Translations under genes and position numbers: made by a program | The notes under the pieces: generated by a model | Database searches by the model: none | What the model was told of the DNA's origin: nothing | What the model saw: only the letters and a program-made list of their open reading frames with translations | In this document: piece after piece, positions 22,307 to 31,007 of the stretch | Layout of the letters: each line of letters begins with the position of its first letter | How positions within the stretch are numbered: the first letter of the stretch is position 1 | Assembly (NCBI GenBank): GCA_041662665.1 | Contig: JBAZSC010000001.1 | Coordinates: forward strand, 577,511-641,510 | DNA: 64,000 nucleotides | Direction: 5' to 3' | Source of the DNA: Patescibacteria group bacterium | Lineage (GTDB): Bacteria; Patescibacteriota; JABMPQ01; JAQVVF01

Positions 22307-24409
22307 CTATAAATTATCTTTATTGATTTTGAATATTATAATTGATCCTAATTTGTCTGAGTCAAAAAACTCAGCTTTTTTTTCTAAAAAATCTGTATTT
22401 AATAATTTTTCCTGATATTTCCAGTCGATGTCAGCTTTTGTACTAAAAGATCCAAGTACTTTTTTGCCAGCATAGACAAATTCAATATTATTTTTTTTAT
22501 AAAATGATCTCGATAATTCAGAATTTGGATCAAAGATCCAAGGACATTCGCCTTTATAATCATTGCAATCGCTACCGTCGATTACAGCTCTGCCAGTCAA
22601 TAAATTAATATAGCTACCCCAACTTCTCATTGCTAATGTCTTTGGATAAGATAAAATAATAGCATTTTGGTCAGTATTATTTCTTATCCAAGATAAAGCT
22701 TTTGCATCAGAATCTTGCAATCTAACTTTTTGATTATATTCTGTTGAATCTTTAATGAAATTTAATGTACTAAATGACAATATTAATATTAAAACAATCT
22801 TGAGAGCTAAATAGCTTTTATTTCTCAAAAATAATCCAATTGTCAAGAAAAAATAAGCAATCATAACTATCAAAGGCAAAGCTAAATCCAAAGCAAATCT
22901 ATTAGGTAAAATAAAAAATGAAAAACGAGTCCCAATAAACAAAGCGATAGCCCAGGAAATTATAATAATTTTTTCAGCTTTCTGTAGAGACTTAAAAAAG
23001 AAAAAGGGGATTGATATCAAACCAAGGCTAAATATAAAAACACCTAAATGATTATCATACGCTTTCCAAGATACAGCTAATTCTGGTATTTCCGAAGTTA
23101 CGCTCACATCGTTAATTTGGTTATTTACAGACATTGCACTTTGGAATTGAGCAATTATACTATTTAGAAAAATTTGAGAATAATATTCATAAGTCAAAGG
23201 CAATATTAGGACAAACAAAGAAAATATAAGAATTAAGAAATTTTTAAAATAAATATTCTCAAAAATTTTTAAATGTTTTTTAAAAGAATCAAATCTCGAT
23301 AAAAATTTAAGAATAAGTAATAAAAATGCTATCAAAAACAAAGTCAAAATCATATATGTACTCGATAGTGAATGAGTCAAAAACACTCCACCAAAGAATA
23401 AAAAACATAATATTATTTTTTTATAATTAATTTCTTTGCTCAAAAATAGATCCTTCAGAAATGCCAAGCCAAACAAGAATAAGCACAATCCAGCAAAAAG
23501 ATTTAGATAAGTACCAGTTGAATAAGAATTACCAGGCTGTCTTGATATAAAAACTAGCAAAACCAAAGAAATAATTGCTATCAACTCATTTTTAAATAAT
23601 TTCCTCACCAAAAAATAAAAAGCAAGATAAGAAATAATAAAAATAAATGGCACGAAAAATATTGTTGTTGTTACAACGTCTTGACCAGTAAAAAACGTTT
23701 CTAATGCTAATAGAGTGTGAAATAATGGGGGATCTAAAGATCCTTCCCAAGCTTTTGTAAAACCTTGTTCAATAATTCCTTTTGCTTCAGTCATGTGTCT
23801 TGTTGGATCATCACCTGGAGGAACAATGTAGTTATGATGGAAAATTCCGTAATAAAAATGGAAAGCTAGCAAAATAATCAGCAAAACCAAAATTATCGCT
23901 CCGAGATTATTTTTAACAAATTGCCAAAAATTAACTTTTTTTGATGCTATTATCGCAGAACTAAAAAAATTCTTATTAAAACCGTTTCTCAAAGAATAGA
24001 TTGATTGAGAAACAATAAATTCTTTGACAAATAAAATTATCAAGCCAATCATAATCAACAACGATATTTCAATCGCAGAGCTTAACAATGTAATTTTCAC
24101 ACCAAGCTTACTTGATAGAAACACAATTAAAGGCGACATTACAAAGGATAATCCAAACGACAAAATTATTCTATCCGCCAATCTTATAGAACCATTTTTC
24201 GGCGTTCTATCAGCGTTAGTATCAGCGTTAAATCTGCCTCTAAGCAACAAAAAGCCCCAAACAAAACCTGGCAAAAATAAAGCAAACACACTTCCTAAAA
24301 CAAATCTTAAAGATTCAAGTGCTGTAAATTTAAAAGTCAAAACAAAAAAAGCAACCATAGCAGATGCAATAAAAAGAAAAACGCCAAAAATAACTTTTTT
24401 ATTACTCAT
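22307..24409 (-). CDS. GT-C membrane glycosyltransferase, candidate STT3/AglB-like OST paralog, with an extra N-terminal 4-TM module
   Basis: The N-terminal 140 aa are paralogous to 15057..15491. The core has GDDPTRH and LDPPLFH, like 2706..4265. The C-terminus has SWGSYINLLTGRAVIDG, which is WWDYG...TGR...D-like, and matches the C-terminal domain of 2706..4265. Confidence 0.55.
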   Translation of the reverse strand: MSNKKVIFGVFLFIASAMVAFFVLTFKFTALESLRFVLGSVFALFLPGFVWGFLLLRGRFNADTNADRTPKNGSIRLADRIILSFGLSFVMSPLIVFLSSKLGVKITLLSSAIEISLLIMIGLIILFVKEFIVSQSIYSLRNGFNKNFFSSAIIASKKVNFWQFVKNNLGAIILVLLIILLAFHFYYGIFHHNYIVPPGDDPTRHMTEAKGIIEQGFTKAWEGSLDPPLFHTLLALETFFTGQDVVTTTIFFVPFIFIISYLAFYFLVRKLFKNELIAIISLVLLVFISRQPGNSYSTGTYLNLFAGLCLFLFGLAFLKDLFLSKEINYKKIILCFLFFGGVFLTHSLSSTYMILTLFLIAFLLLILKFLSRFDSFKKHLKIFENIYFKNFLILIFSLFVLILPLTYEYYSQIFLNSIIAQFQSAMSVNNQINDVSVTSEIPELAVSWKAYDNHLGVFIFSLGLISIPFFFFKSLQKAEKIIIISWAIALFIGTRFSFFILPNRFALDLALPLIVMIAYFFLTIGLFLRNKSYLALKIVLILILSFSTLNFIKDSTEYNQKVRLQDSDAKALSWIRNNTDQNAIILSYPKTLAMRSWGSYINLLTGRAVIDGSDCNDYKGECPWIFDPNSELSRSFYKKNNIEFVYAGKKVLGSFSTKADIDWKYQEKLLNTDFLEKKAEFFDSDKLGSIIIFKINKDNL

Positions 24410-24411
24410 TT

Positions 24412-24615
24412 TTATTTTTTTATTTCGAAAGAATCATCTGATACAAAAGCTAAGATAATTCCGAAAGCTAAGCCTAAAATCAAAACAATTTGACTGTTTA
24501 AATATCTATCATTAATCACATAATCTGTCCAAGAGTTTAAAACAGTTAGCAGAATAAACAATATCATACTTAATAAAAATCCATATTTACAAATTGTAGC
24601 TAAATATTTTTTCAT
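24412..24615 (-). CDS. small 2-TM membrane protein (67 aa)
   Basis: The ORF abuts the start of the GT-C gene. It is hydrophobic. Confidence 0.35.
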   Translation of the reverse strand: MKKYLATICKYGFLLSMILFILLTVLNSWTDYVINDRYLNSQIVLILGLAFGIILAFVSDDSFEIKK

Positions 24616-24617
24616 AT

Positions 24618-24660
24618 TTTTGAATTTATCAGCGTTAAATCAGCGTTAGAAATCAGCGTC
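24618..24660 (+). repeat. 4 x ATCAGCGT element (periods 11-13-11)
   Basis: atcagcgttaa atcagcgttagaa atcagcgtcga atcagcgc. Confidence 0.85.
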
Positions 24661-25237
24661 GAATCAGCGCTTGCTTCAATCTTGCATAAAAATTCTGCAT
24701 TTCATTTTTACTATAATTTTTCTTTAAGTTTAAGTCAATTTCAGTCAGTGTTAACAAATTTTGATCTGTTACACCAGCTGCAGAAATCGCAAAAGTCAGC
24801 TTATTATTTTTAATATAATAATTACTCAACAAAAATTCTCTCAAATTAAAATTAGCACATGCTTTTTTCCATTGTGAATCGATATCTGTAACTTTTGTAT
24901 CAACAAATTCATATTTATCAAATGCTTTTTCAGCACCTAATCTTATTGAACTTGGCTGTCCACTATATTTTACGCATAAATTTGCATCATTAAAATTGGG
25001 TGGAATTCTAACTGAAAAATAAATTAATTCTGCCTTAACTTTTTGCGAATAATCACTGCCAACATGTTCAACGGGCAATAGTCTATACCAAGGATACGGA
25101 TTAGAAAAACGCAACGAATCATCAGGATTAAAATTATAAACAATTGTCATATTCTTATCAAACACAAAAAACATTGATAAAACATAGATTATCACTGCGA
25201 CAAACAGAATCCAAATTATTATCTTCAAAATTTTCAT
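24653..25237 (-). CDS. membrane-anchored hypothetical protein (N-terminal TM plus an extracytoplasmic domain)
   Basis: An ORF bracketed by two ATCAGCGT elements. The C-terminal ALIRR is encoded by the element. Confidence 0.5.
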   Translation of the reverse strand: MKILKIIIWILFVAVIIYVLSMFFVFDKNMTIVYNFNPDDSLRFSNPYPWYRLLPVEHVGSDYSQKVKAELIYFSVRIPPNFNDANLCVKYSGQPSSIRLGAEKAFDKYEFVDTKVTDIDSQWKKACANFNLREFLLSNYYIKNNKLTFAISAAGVTDQNLLTLTEIDLNLKKNYSKNEMQNFYARLKQALIRR

Positions 25238-25254
25238 ATTTGTAAAATCAAAAT

Positions 25255-25297
25255 GTCAGCGTCATATCTGCGTTAGAAATCAGCGTCGAATCAGCGA
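25255..25297 (+). repeat. 4 x ATCAGCGT element (periods 11-13-11)
   Basis: gtcagcgtcat atctgcgttagaa atcagcgtcga atcagcga; nearly identical to 24618..24660. Confidence 0.85.
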
Positions 25298-25299
25298 TT

Positions 25300-27435
25300 T
25301 TAGAAGTTTGCTTCCAAAGAATCTTCTAAATAATTTCTAAAATCTTCGATAGCATCAACATCATAAACTCGTTCAGATAAATATAAATTATTTTTATCTT
25401 TTGCTTTATATAAACTCAATGATAGAAAATTATCAACAGAAGATAAAGCTGGCACATTATACATTTTATCAGCAACTTTTTTATCTTTTGTATCGCTATT
25501 TTTAAAATATTTTATAGATAGCGTACTAGAACTTAATGTTTTATAGTTCAAATAATTTTTCTTTAATAATTCCAAATTATCAACTCTATACGGATAAACA
25601 ATTAGTTCATCTTTTGCCACAAGAAGATAAACATGATCATAATCCATTACTATTTTATTTAAAGTTTCAAATGATTTTTCATCCAAAAAAGTTTTTAATT
25701 TGATAATAACGTCATCATTATCTAAATCATTTTCAAATTTATTTGCTTCAACTAAAAATTCTTTTTTAGAAAATAATTCTCTTCGAGGAACTGCATTAAC
25801 ATTATATAAATAATGTAAAACGTAAGACCATTTTTGCCAAGCCCATCCAGGATTCATTACGACTAAATCGTCAGTTTTAAAATTTTGGCTAATTTTTTGC
25901 AACTCCTTATCCATTCCATAATTTTCTCTATAGAAAACAATTGGCAAAGATATCAAAAAATTTCCAACAATTAAAACTATGATTGCTTTCTTAACAAAGC
26001 TTGTTAAATTTGAATTTAAATTGCTTAATCTAAACCATACAAAAGAAACAAGAATAAAGATGAAAGGCAAGAATATCGGATAAAATCTCCTCATAAACCA
26101 AGGCTGATCAATTGCAATTTGTGCTCGAAATAAAAATAATAATGAAGGCAGACATAATATAACTAAAATAAATTCTTCTTTTTTAAAGACTTTTTTGTAA
26201 AGTCCAATCAAGACGATAACAAAATAAAACAAAATTAAGTAAAAACCTAATGCTTTAAAATTGAATTGTATTTGATAAAATGACCAAGCCAGATTTGAAC
26301 CTTTTAAAAATAAAACAATTTCGTATAAACAAGCACCTAAAATGATTATACTGAAAATAATTCTTTGACCATTATTCATTAAATAATCAATTGTCTTTTT
26401 GCTAAAACCAAAAGCATATTTTCGAAGAAGATAATATACGATTAAGCATAATGCCAAAATCAAAAGCAAAACTAAAAAGACTTTAGAAAACAATTTCCAT
26501 GGATCGTAAAATTGTTTATAAAAATAAGCTAAGCCATTATATTTCTGCAGATACGCACCAAAAAATACTAAAGAAGCAACAGTTATGCCTGCACAAATAA
26601 GAGAATTCCATCCTAATTCGATTTTTTCGCCAAAATAACTAACTCTTAATTTCTTAATAGCCAAAATAATTAATAAAATTGCGATTGCAACAGCAAAATA
26701 CAGTAATGCCTCAGCACGAATAAAGATACAGAATAATAATGAATATAAACCAAAAAACAAACTAGATATTTTTTTGTTCTTCAAGCCTTCCATAAATAAT
26801 AAAATTCCAAGCCAGAAAAAAACCATAAACAAATTTTCTGAATTCAATCTCTTCGTAAACCAGAAAGTAGTATAAAAAGTACTAAGCAACAACAACGAAA
26901 ATAAAGCAGCCTTTCTGTTTGCCAAATCAGAAACAAGACAATAAATCAAACTTAAAAACAAAATCATTAATAAGCAATTCGCCCAAAGCATTGCATTTAT
27001 TCCGCCAAAAAGAAAATAAACAGCTAAATAAACAATATAGCCAGGCAAAAATTGAGATGTAAAAACATTTCCTTCTAAATTTCTAAAACCTGAATAAGCA
27101 TGAGTCAACTGATCATTAAAAGATAATGAACTAGTTTTAGTCAGCATAATCGCTGCTGACATATAACTCGCATCATCTCTGCCAGAAGGAATTCCATGAT
27201 GAAAAAAAGAAACAATTAAAGAAAAAACAATGATTGCTCCAAAAACAATCAGATCTTTTCTCTCAAGCTTAATTTTTTGTTTTCTCAGAAAAATCCAAGC
27301 TAGAAAACCTATACCAAATAAAATTAAAGATATAATTACGCTAATTTTATTAAACCAGCCAAAAACAGCCAAACCTAGCAAAAAAGTTAGACAAAAAGCA
27401 AAAAATAAAGTAAAATATTTTAAACAGTTAAACAT
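25300..27435 (-). CDS. GT-C family membrane glycosyltransferase (PMT/ArnT-like, PMT_2-type)
   Basis: A 711 aa polytopic protein. The first loop has HGIPSGRDDASY, a DD/DE motif typical of the ArnT/PMT fold. Confidence 0.6.
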   Translation of the reverse strand: MFNCLKYFTLFFAFCLTFLLGLAVFGWFNKISVIISLILFGIGFLAWIFLRKQKIKLERKDLIVFGAIIVFSLIVSFFHHGIPSGRDDASYMSAAIMLTKTSSLSFNDQLTHAYSGFRNLEGNVFTSQFLPGYIVYLAVYFLFGGINAMLWANCLLMILFLSLIYCLVSDLANRKAALFSLLLLSTFYTTFWFTKRLNSENLFMVFFWLGILLFMEGLKNKKISSLFFGLYSLLFCIFIRAEALLYFAVAIAILLIILAIKKLRVSYFGEKIELGWNSLICAGITVASLVFFGAYLQKYNGLAYFYKQFYDPWKLFSKVFLVLLLILALCLIVYYLLRKYAFGFSKKTIDYLMNNGQRIIFSIIILGACLYEIVLFLKGSNLAWSFYQIQFNFKALGFYLILFYFVIVLIGLYKKVFKKEEFILVILCLPSLLFLFRAQIAIDQPWFMRRFYPIFLPFIFILVSFVWFRLSNLNSNLTSFVKKAIIVLIVGNFLISLPIVFYRENYGMDKELQKISQNFKTDDLVVMNPGWAWQKWSYVLHYLYNVNAVPRRELFSKKEFLVEANKFENDLDNDDVIIKLKTFLDEKSFETLNKIVMDYDHVYLLVAKDELIVYPYRVDNLELLKKNYLNYKTLSSSTLSIKYFKNSDTKDKKVADKMYNVPALSSVDNFLSLSLYKAKDKNNLYLSERVYDVDAIEDFRNYLEDSLEANF

Positions 27436-27446
27436 ATTAAAATTTA

Positions 27447-27489
27447 TTCAGCGCAATATCAGCGTTAGCAATCAGCGTCAAATCAGCTT
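27447..27489 (+). repeat. 4 x ATCAGCGT element in a divergent promoter region (periods 11-13-11, terminal atcagcttctaca)
   Basis: ttcagcgcaat atcagcgttagca atcagcgtcaa atcagcttctaca. Confidence 0.85.
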
Positions 27490-27512
27490 CTACAAAAGAT
27501 TATAACATAAAA

Positions 27513-28463
27513 ATGAAAAATCAGGAAGTTAACAACTGGCCAAAAGTAACAATCGTTTTTCCTAATTGGAATGGCAAAAATGATACTTTAGAATGCTTGA
27601 AATCATTAGCTAAGCTTAATTATCAAAAAAATAATTTAGAAATAATTATTGCCGACAATGGTTCAAACGATGGCTCTCAAAAAGCAATCAAGCAGGAATT
27701 ATCAAAAATGACTGGTTACGCAAACTTGAAATTAATAGAAATTGGCCAAAATATTGGCGCTCCAGCTGCTCTGAATCTAGCAATCAAATCTGCAAAACAA
27801 AATTATGATTTTATCTGGAAATTAGATAATGATGTTGTAGTTGATCAAAATTCATTATTATGTTTAGTCAAAGAAGCAATAAAAGAAAAAAATATTGGCA
27901 TGGTTGCGGGCACAAATTACTATTATGATCAACAAACAACTATTTGGGCAATTGGTGGAAAAGTTAATTTAACATTTGGATTAAGCCGTAATATTGGTAA
28001 AAACAAACAAGACCAAGATCAATTTAAAAAAGATTCTACTTTTGATTATTTGCCAGGATGTGCCTTATTAGTAAAAAAAGAAGTAATTCAAAAAATTGGC
28101 TTGCTAGATGAAAAATATTTTGTATATTATGATGAAACAGATTGGAATATCAGAGCAAAACAAGCTGGCTTTGATTTAGTCTACATTCCAGAAGCAAAAA
28201 TCTGGCACAAAGCATCAAGATCAACACAAGAAGGAAGCATTTTTAAAAACTATTACTTAACCAGAAATAAGCTATTATTTATCAAAAAATTTAATAATAA
28301 AAAGCTAAATATAGTTTTACCGATTGCCGCGATCTGCTTAGTTGACCTTCCATTCCGCTGGATTTTTAGAAGCAAAATAAAAGATCTGCCGAATATTTTA
28401 AAAGGTGCGACTTGGGGAATAATCGATGCCTTAAGTAAATATCCTAAAATAAGAAAGTTCTAG
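27513..28463 (+). CDS. GT2 glycosyltransferase
   Basis: Carries VTIVFPNWNGKNDTLECLKSL...IIADNGSNDGS. Confidence 0.85.
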   Translation: MKNQEVNNWPKVTIVFPNWNGKNDTLECLKSLAKLNYQKNNLEIIIADNGSNDGSQKAIKQELSKMTGYANLKLIEIGQNIGAPAALNLAIKSAKQNYDFIWKLDNDVVVDQNSLLCLVKEAIKEKNIGMVAGTNYYYDQQTTIWAIGGKVNLTFGLSRNIGKNKQDQDQFKKDSTFDYLPGCALLVKKEVIQKIGLLDEKYFVYYDETDWNIRAKQAGFDLVYIPEAKIWHKASRSTQEGSIFKNYYLTRNKLLFIKKFNNKKLNIVLPIAAICLVDLPFRWIFRSKIKDLPNILKGATWGIIDALSKYPKIRKF

Positions 28464-28530
28464 AGTTTAGAAATTTAAGCATTAAAAATTTAATAGAAAT
28501 TAGAAATTGAAAATTAGAAATTCGCTATAT
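28464..28530 (+). repeat. tandem TWGAAAT heptamer array
   Basis: tagagtt tagaaat ... tagaaat tgaaaat tagaaat. Confidence 0.6.
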
Positions 28531-29592
28531 ATGCTAAAATTTTTCTTCAAATATTTAATTAAAGATAAAATCAGACTAACAACTTTCAACAAATTAGTTA
28601 TTTTAAAATTGTTAAAACATTCCCTCAAAAAATCAGAAATGCCAGAATCATATCTCTATGAATATAATGCCAAAACAATTCAAAAGACACTTGACTTCAT
28701 GCACAAAAAACAAGATACAATTGATTCAATGTGGTTGCAAAGAGGCTTAATCTGCGAAAATAAAAATTTTAAAGACACATCAAAAATCGCCAATGGTTCA
28801 ACAACCACACTCAAACAAACTAATGGCAAAAATTATTTAACTGATGAAGATTTGAGTTTTATCGAAAAAAATGATCCAGAAAAAGCAAAGATAATTAGAG
28901 AAACACACCTGCAAATGGAGGATTTCTATAAAAAAGCACTGTGCAATAAAAACTTGATTTATCATCCTGAAGAATTAGCAAAAATAGGCCAAATCTTAAA
29001 TCAAGGCTTAGCTTTTAAAAAAGATTTTACTTTTCATCGTGGAGAAATTAATAATTCCTTAAAATTATATTTCAATCGAATAGGGGAGTTCAAAAAAATA
29101 GATAAAACTGGAATTTTTGTTTTTGATGAAAAAATTGATTTATTAGTAAAAGGTTCGGAATTTATTTTTAATTTAAAAACTGCCAAAGCAATCGAGAAAA
29201 AAACTGGAGGAAAATTTTATGCTTTAAATCCTTTTGCCAAAAAATATATTGCTCCAAATGTTATCAGAGTTTTAAATACTGGAGTTTATGATTTGCCACA
29301 TCTTGGCCATGCTTCAAAAATAAAGAATCTAAAACAAGCAATTGCAAAAAATGGCAAATTAATCATTGGTTTAACCAGCAATAAAAATGTCCGAGGCATA
29401 AAAAACAAACAAGTTGTATTTTTAGCAAAAGACCGTAAAACAATGCTTGAATCATTAAAATATCCAGATAAGATAATTCTTGAACCAGGCAATAGCAAAA
29501 TCTTCAAAGAATTCTATAATTACGCTCAATTACCTTTTTATACAAAAACAATTTATAATTTTAAATCCATATTTAACAGAACGAACAATTGA
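28531..29592 (+). CDS. two-domain protein: N-terminal domain of unknown function plus a C-terminal HxGH cytidylyltransferase-like domain (TagD/RfaE-dII-like)
   Basis: GVYDLPHLGHAS is the HxGH nucleotidyltransferase motif. Start trimmed to the ATG at 28531; the track start is a TTG inside the repeat array. Confidence 0.6.
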   Translation: MLKFFFKYLIKDKIRLTTFNKLVILKLLKHSLKKSEMPESYLYEYNAKTIQKTLDFMHKKQDTIDSMWLQRGLICENKNFKDTSKIANGSTTTLKQTNGKNYLTDEDLSFIEKNDPEKAKIIRETHLQMEDFYKKALCNKNLIYHPEELAKIGQILNQGLAFKKDFTFHRGEINNSLKLYFNRIGEFKKIDKTGIFVFDEKIDLLVKGSEFIFNLKTAKAIEKKTGGKFYALNPFAKKYIAPNVIRVLNTGVYDLPHLGHASKIKNLKQAIAKNGKLIIGLTSNKNVRGIKNKQVVFLAKDRKTMLESLKYPDKIILEPGNSKIFKEFYNYAQLPFYTKTIYNFKSIFNRTNN

Positions 29593-29600
29593 TAATAAGA

Positions 29601-29639
29601 TTCTGCTTTTTCTGCGTTAGCTTCTGCGTTCTTCTGCGT
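29601..29639 (+). repeat. 4 x TTCTGCGT element (periods 9-12-10)
   Basis: ttctgcttt ttctgcgttagc ttctgcgttc ttctgcgtc. Confidence 0.85.
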
Positions 29640-29650
29640 CAAATTAAAGT

Positions 29651-30445
29651 ATGCCCACATTAACAGAATTAAAAAGAATCTGCCGTAAAAAAAATTACCA
29701 TAACTATTGGTCAAAGATTTTTTCTCGCCATATTTCCATTTATTTCACTTGGTTTTTTTGTCATACACCAATTACTCCAAATCAATTAACTTTTATTCAA
29801 ATAATTTTAGCTTGGCTAGCAGGATTATCATTAATTATCTGGCAATGGAACGGAATTATCGCCTGGATAATTTTAATGCAATTATCATTTATCTTTGATC
29901 TAGTTGATGGAGAAGTTGCGAGATATAAGAAAAAATCATCTTTATTTGGTGTAATCTTAGATTCATTTGGCCATGTCTTAATTAATCCAGCAGTATATTG
30001 GAGTCTTGCAATTTTTGTCTATTATCAAACATTTGATGTCTGGATAATCTACTTAACAATTATTTTATCAATCTTTTTAATTTCTCCATCAAAACACGCT
30101 TTAATGCGCGGAATTTTATTTTTAACAACCAAAAAAGACAATCCAATCTATAATTACGAAAATCTAAGCAAGCAGTTTAAACAAGAATATCTTCCTCCAA
30201 AACAAAGGAATAGCTCTCTAAAACAAGTTGAAAAAATATTGAAAACAATCTCCGAATTTCCAAATGACATGAATATTTTCTGCATTTTATTAATCTTAAC
30301 TCTAATTTTTCATAATACATTATTCACAACAATTGGCTTGGTTTTCTTTTCTGGATTAATAATCATAAAAGAATTTTACTTTTTATATCAAATCAAAAAG
30401 AAGAATTTAATTGAAAAAGAATACCTCAAGATTTATCAAAAATAA
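29651..30445 (+). CDS. CDP-alcohol phosphatidyltransferase family membrane protein
   Basis: DLVDGEVARYKKKSSLFGVILDSFGH matches DG-x2-AR-x8-G-x3-D. Confidence 0.7.
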   Translation: MPTLTELKRICRKKNYHNYWSKIFSRHISIYFTWFFCHTPITPNQLTFIQIILAWLAGLSLIIWQWNGIIAWIILMQLSFIFDLVDGEVARYKKKSSLFGVILDSFGHVLINPAVYWSLAIFVYYQTFDVWIIYLTIILSIFLISPSKHALMRGILFLTTKKDNPIYNYENLSKQFKQEYLPPKQRNSSLKQVEKILKTISEFPNDMNIFCILLILTLIFHNTLFTTIGLVFFSGLIIIKEFYFLYQIKKKNLIEKEYLKIYQK

Positions 30446-30492
30446 ACTAAAAAACGTTATCGCCACCCAACTTTAGTTGGGGTTATATCAAA

Positions 30493-30513
30493 GCGAAATA
30501 ATTTCGTTTTTTT
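30493..30513 (+). terminator. intrinsic terminator (cgaaa-taa-tttcg plus a T-run)
   Basis: Read directly after the CDP-alcohol phosphotransferase gene. Confidence 0.5.
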
Positions 30514-30542
30514 GTTATCTTTAAGCCAAAAACCAAAAAATA

Positions 30543-30571
30543 TTGACATTTTATTGAAAAAATGCTATCAT
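30543..30571 (+). promoter_or_regulatory. sigma70 promoter of small gene D (TTGACA-N17-TATCAT)
   Basis: The -35 consensus and the 17 nt spacer were read directly. Confidence 0.5.
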
Positions 30572-30601
30572 TATATGTTCACTCAAGCCAGGGAGGAAAG
30601 A

Positions 30602-30925
30602 ATGGCCAAGAATAAAAGACATGAATTGTTCGAAAGGTTGCATGAAATTCTTGGCAAATATCCGACTTGTCTCGAGACAAAGCCAGAAGATTTCAGATTC
30701 ATCATGTTGAAACTTGCTCCAAACAAAGCAGAAGGTTTCCTGTTCGAAGGAAGAAATCTGAGAGATGACAAAATTTACAGATTTCTTGTATACAAAGAGG
30801 CAGAATCCATCAAATTCGTTCTTTCAATCGATGGTGAAATCACCAAGCAAAGCTCCTTCTATCCGACCGCCACAGAAATGACATCACTTTTCGAAGAAAC
30901 TATCGACCACATCCTCATGTTCTAA
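30602..30925 (+). CDS. small cytoplasmic protein, cassette family member D (107 aa)
   Basis: SD GGGAGG sits 5 nt before the ATG at 30602. The C-terminal TIDHILMF strand is shared with cassettes A-C. Confidence 0.6.
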   Translation: MAKNKRHELFERLHEILGKYPTCLETKPEDFRFIMLKLAPNKAEGFLFEGRNLRDDKIYRFLVYKEAESIKFVLSIDGEITKQSSFYPTATEMTSLFEETIDHILMF

Positions 30926-30926
30926 T

Positions 30927-30949
30927 AGACCCTAATCGGTCTTTTTTTA
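30927..30949 (+). terminator. intrinsic terminator (agacc-ctaatc-ggtct plus T7)
   Basis: Read directly. Confidence 0.6.
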
Positions 30950-30951
30950 TA

Positions 30952-30975
30952 CAAAAAATCGGACAATCAGTCCGA
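30952..30975 (-). terminator. intrinsic terminator for the minus-strand gene 31004..32575 (tcggac-aatca-gtccga, T-run on the minus strand)
   Basis: Read directly; it forms a convergent terminator pair. Confidence 0.55.
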
Positions 30976-31007
30976 CTTTATAAACTTTATAACTTTAAGA
31001 ACTTTAT
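30974..31007 (+). repeat. 4 x AACTTTAT element (periods 9-8-9)
   Basis: gactttat aa aactttat aactttaa g aactttat. Confidence 0.8.
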
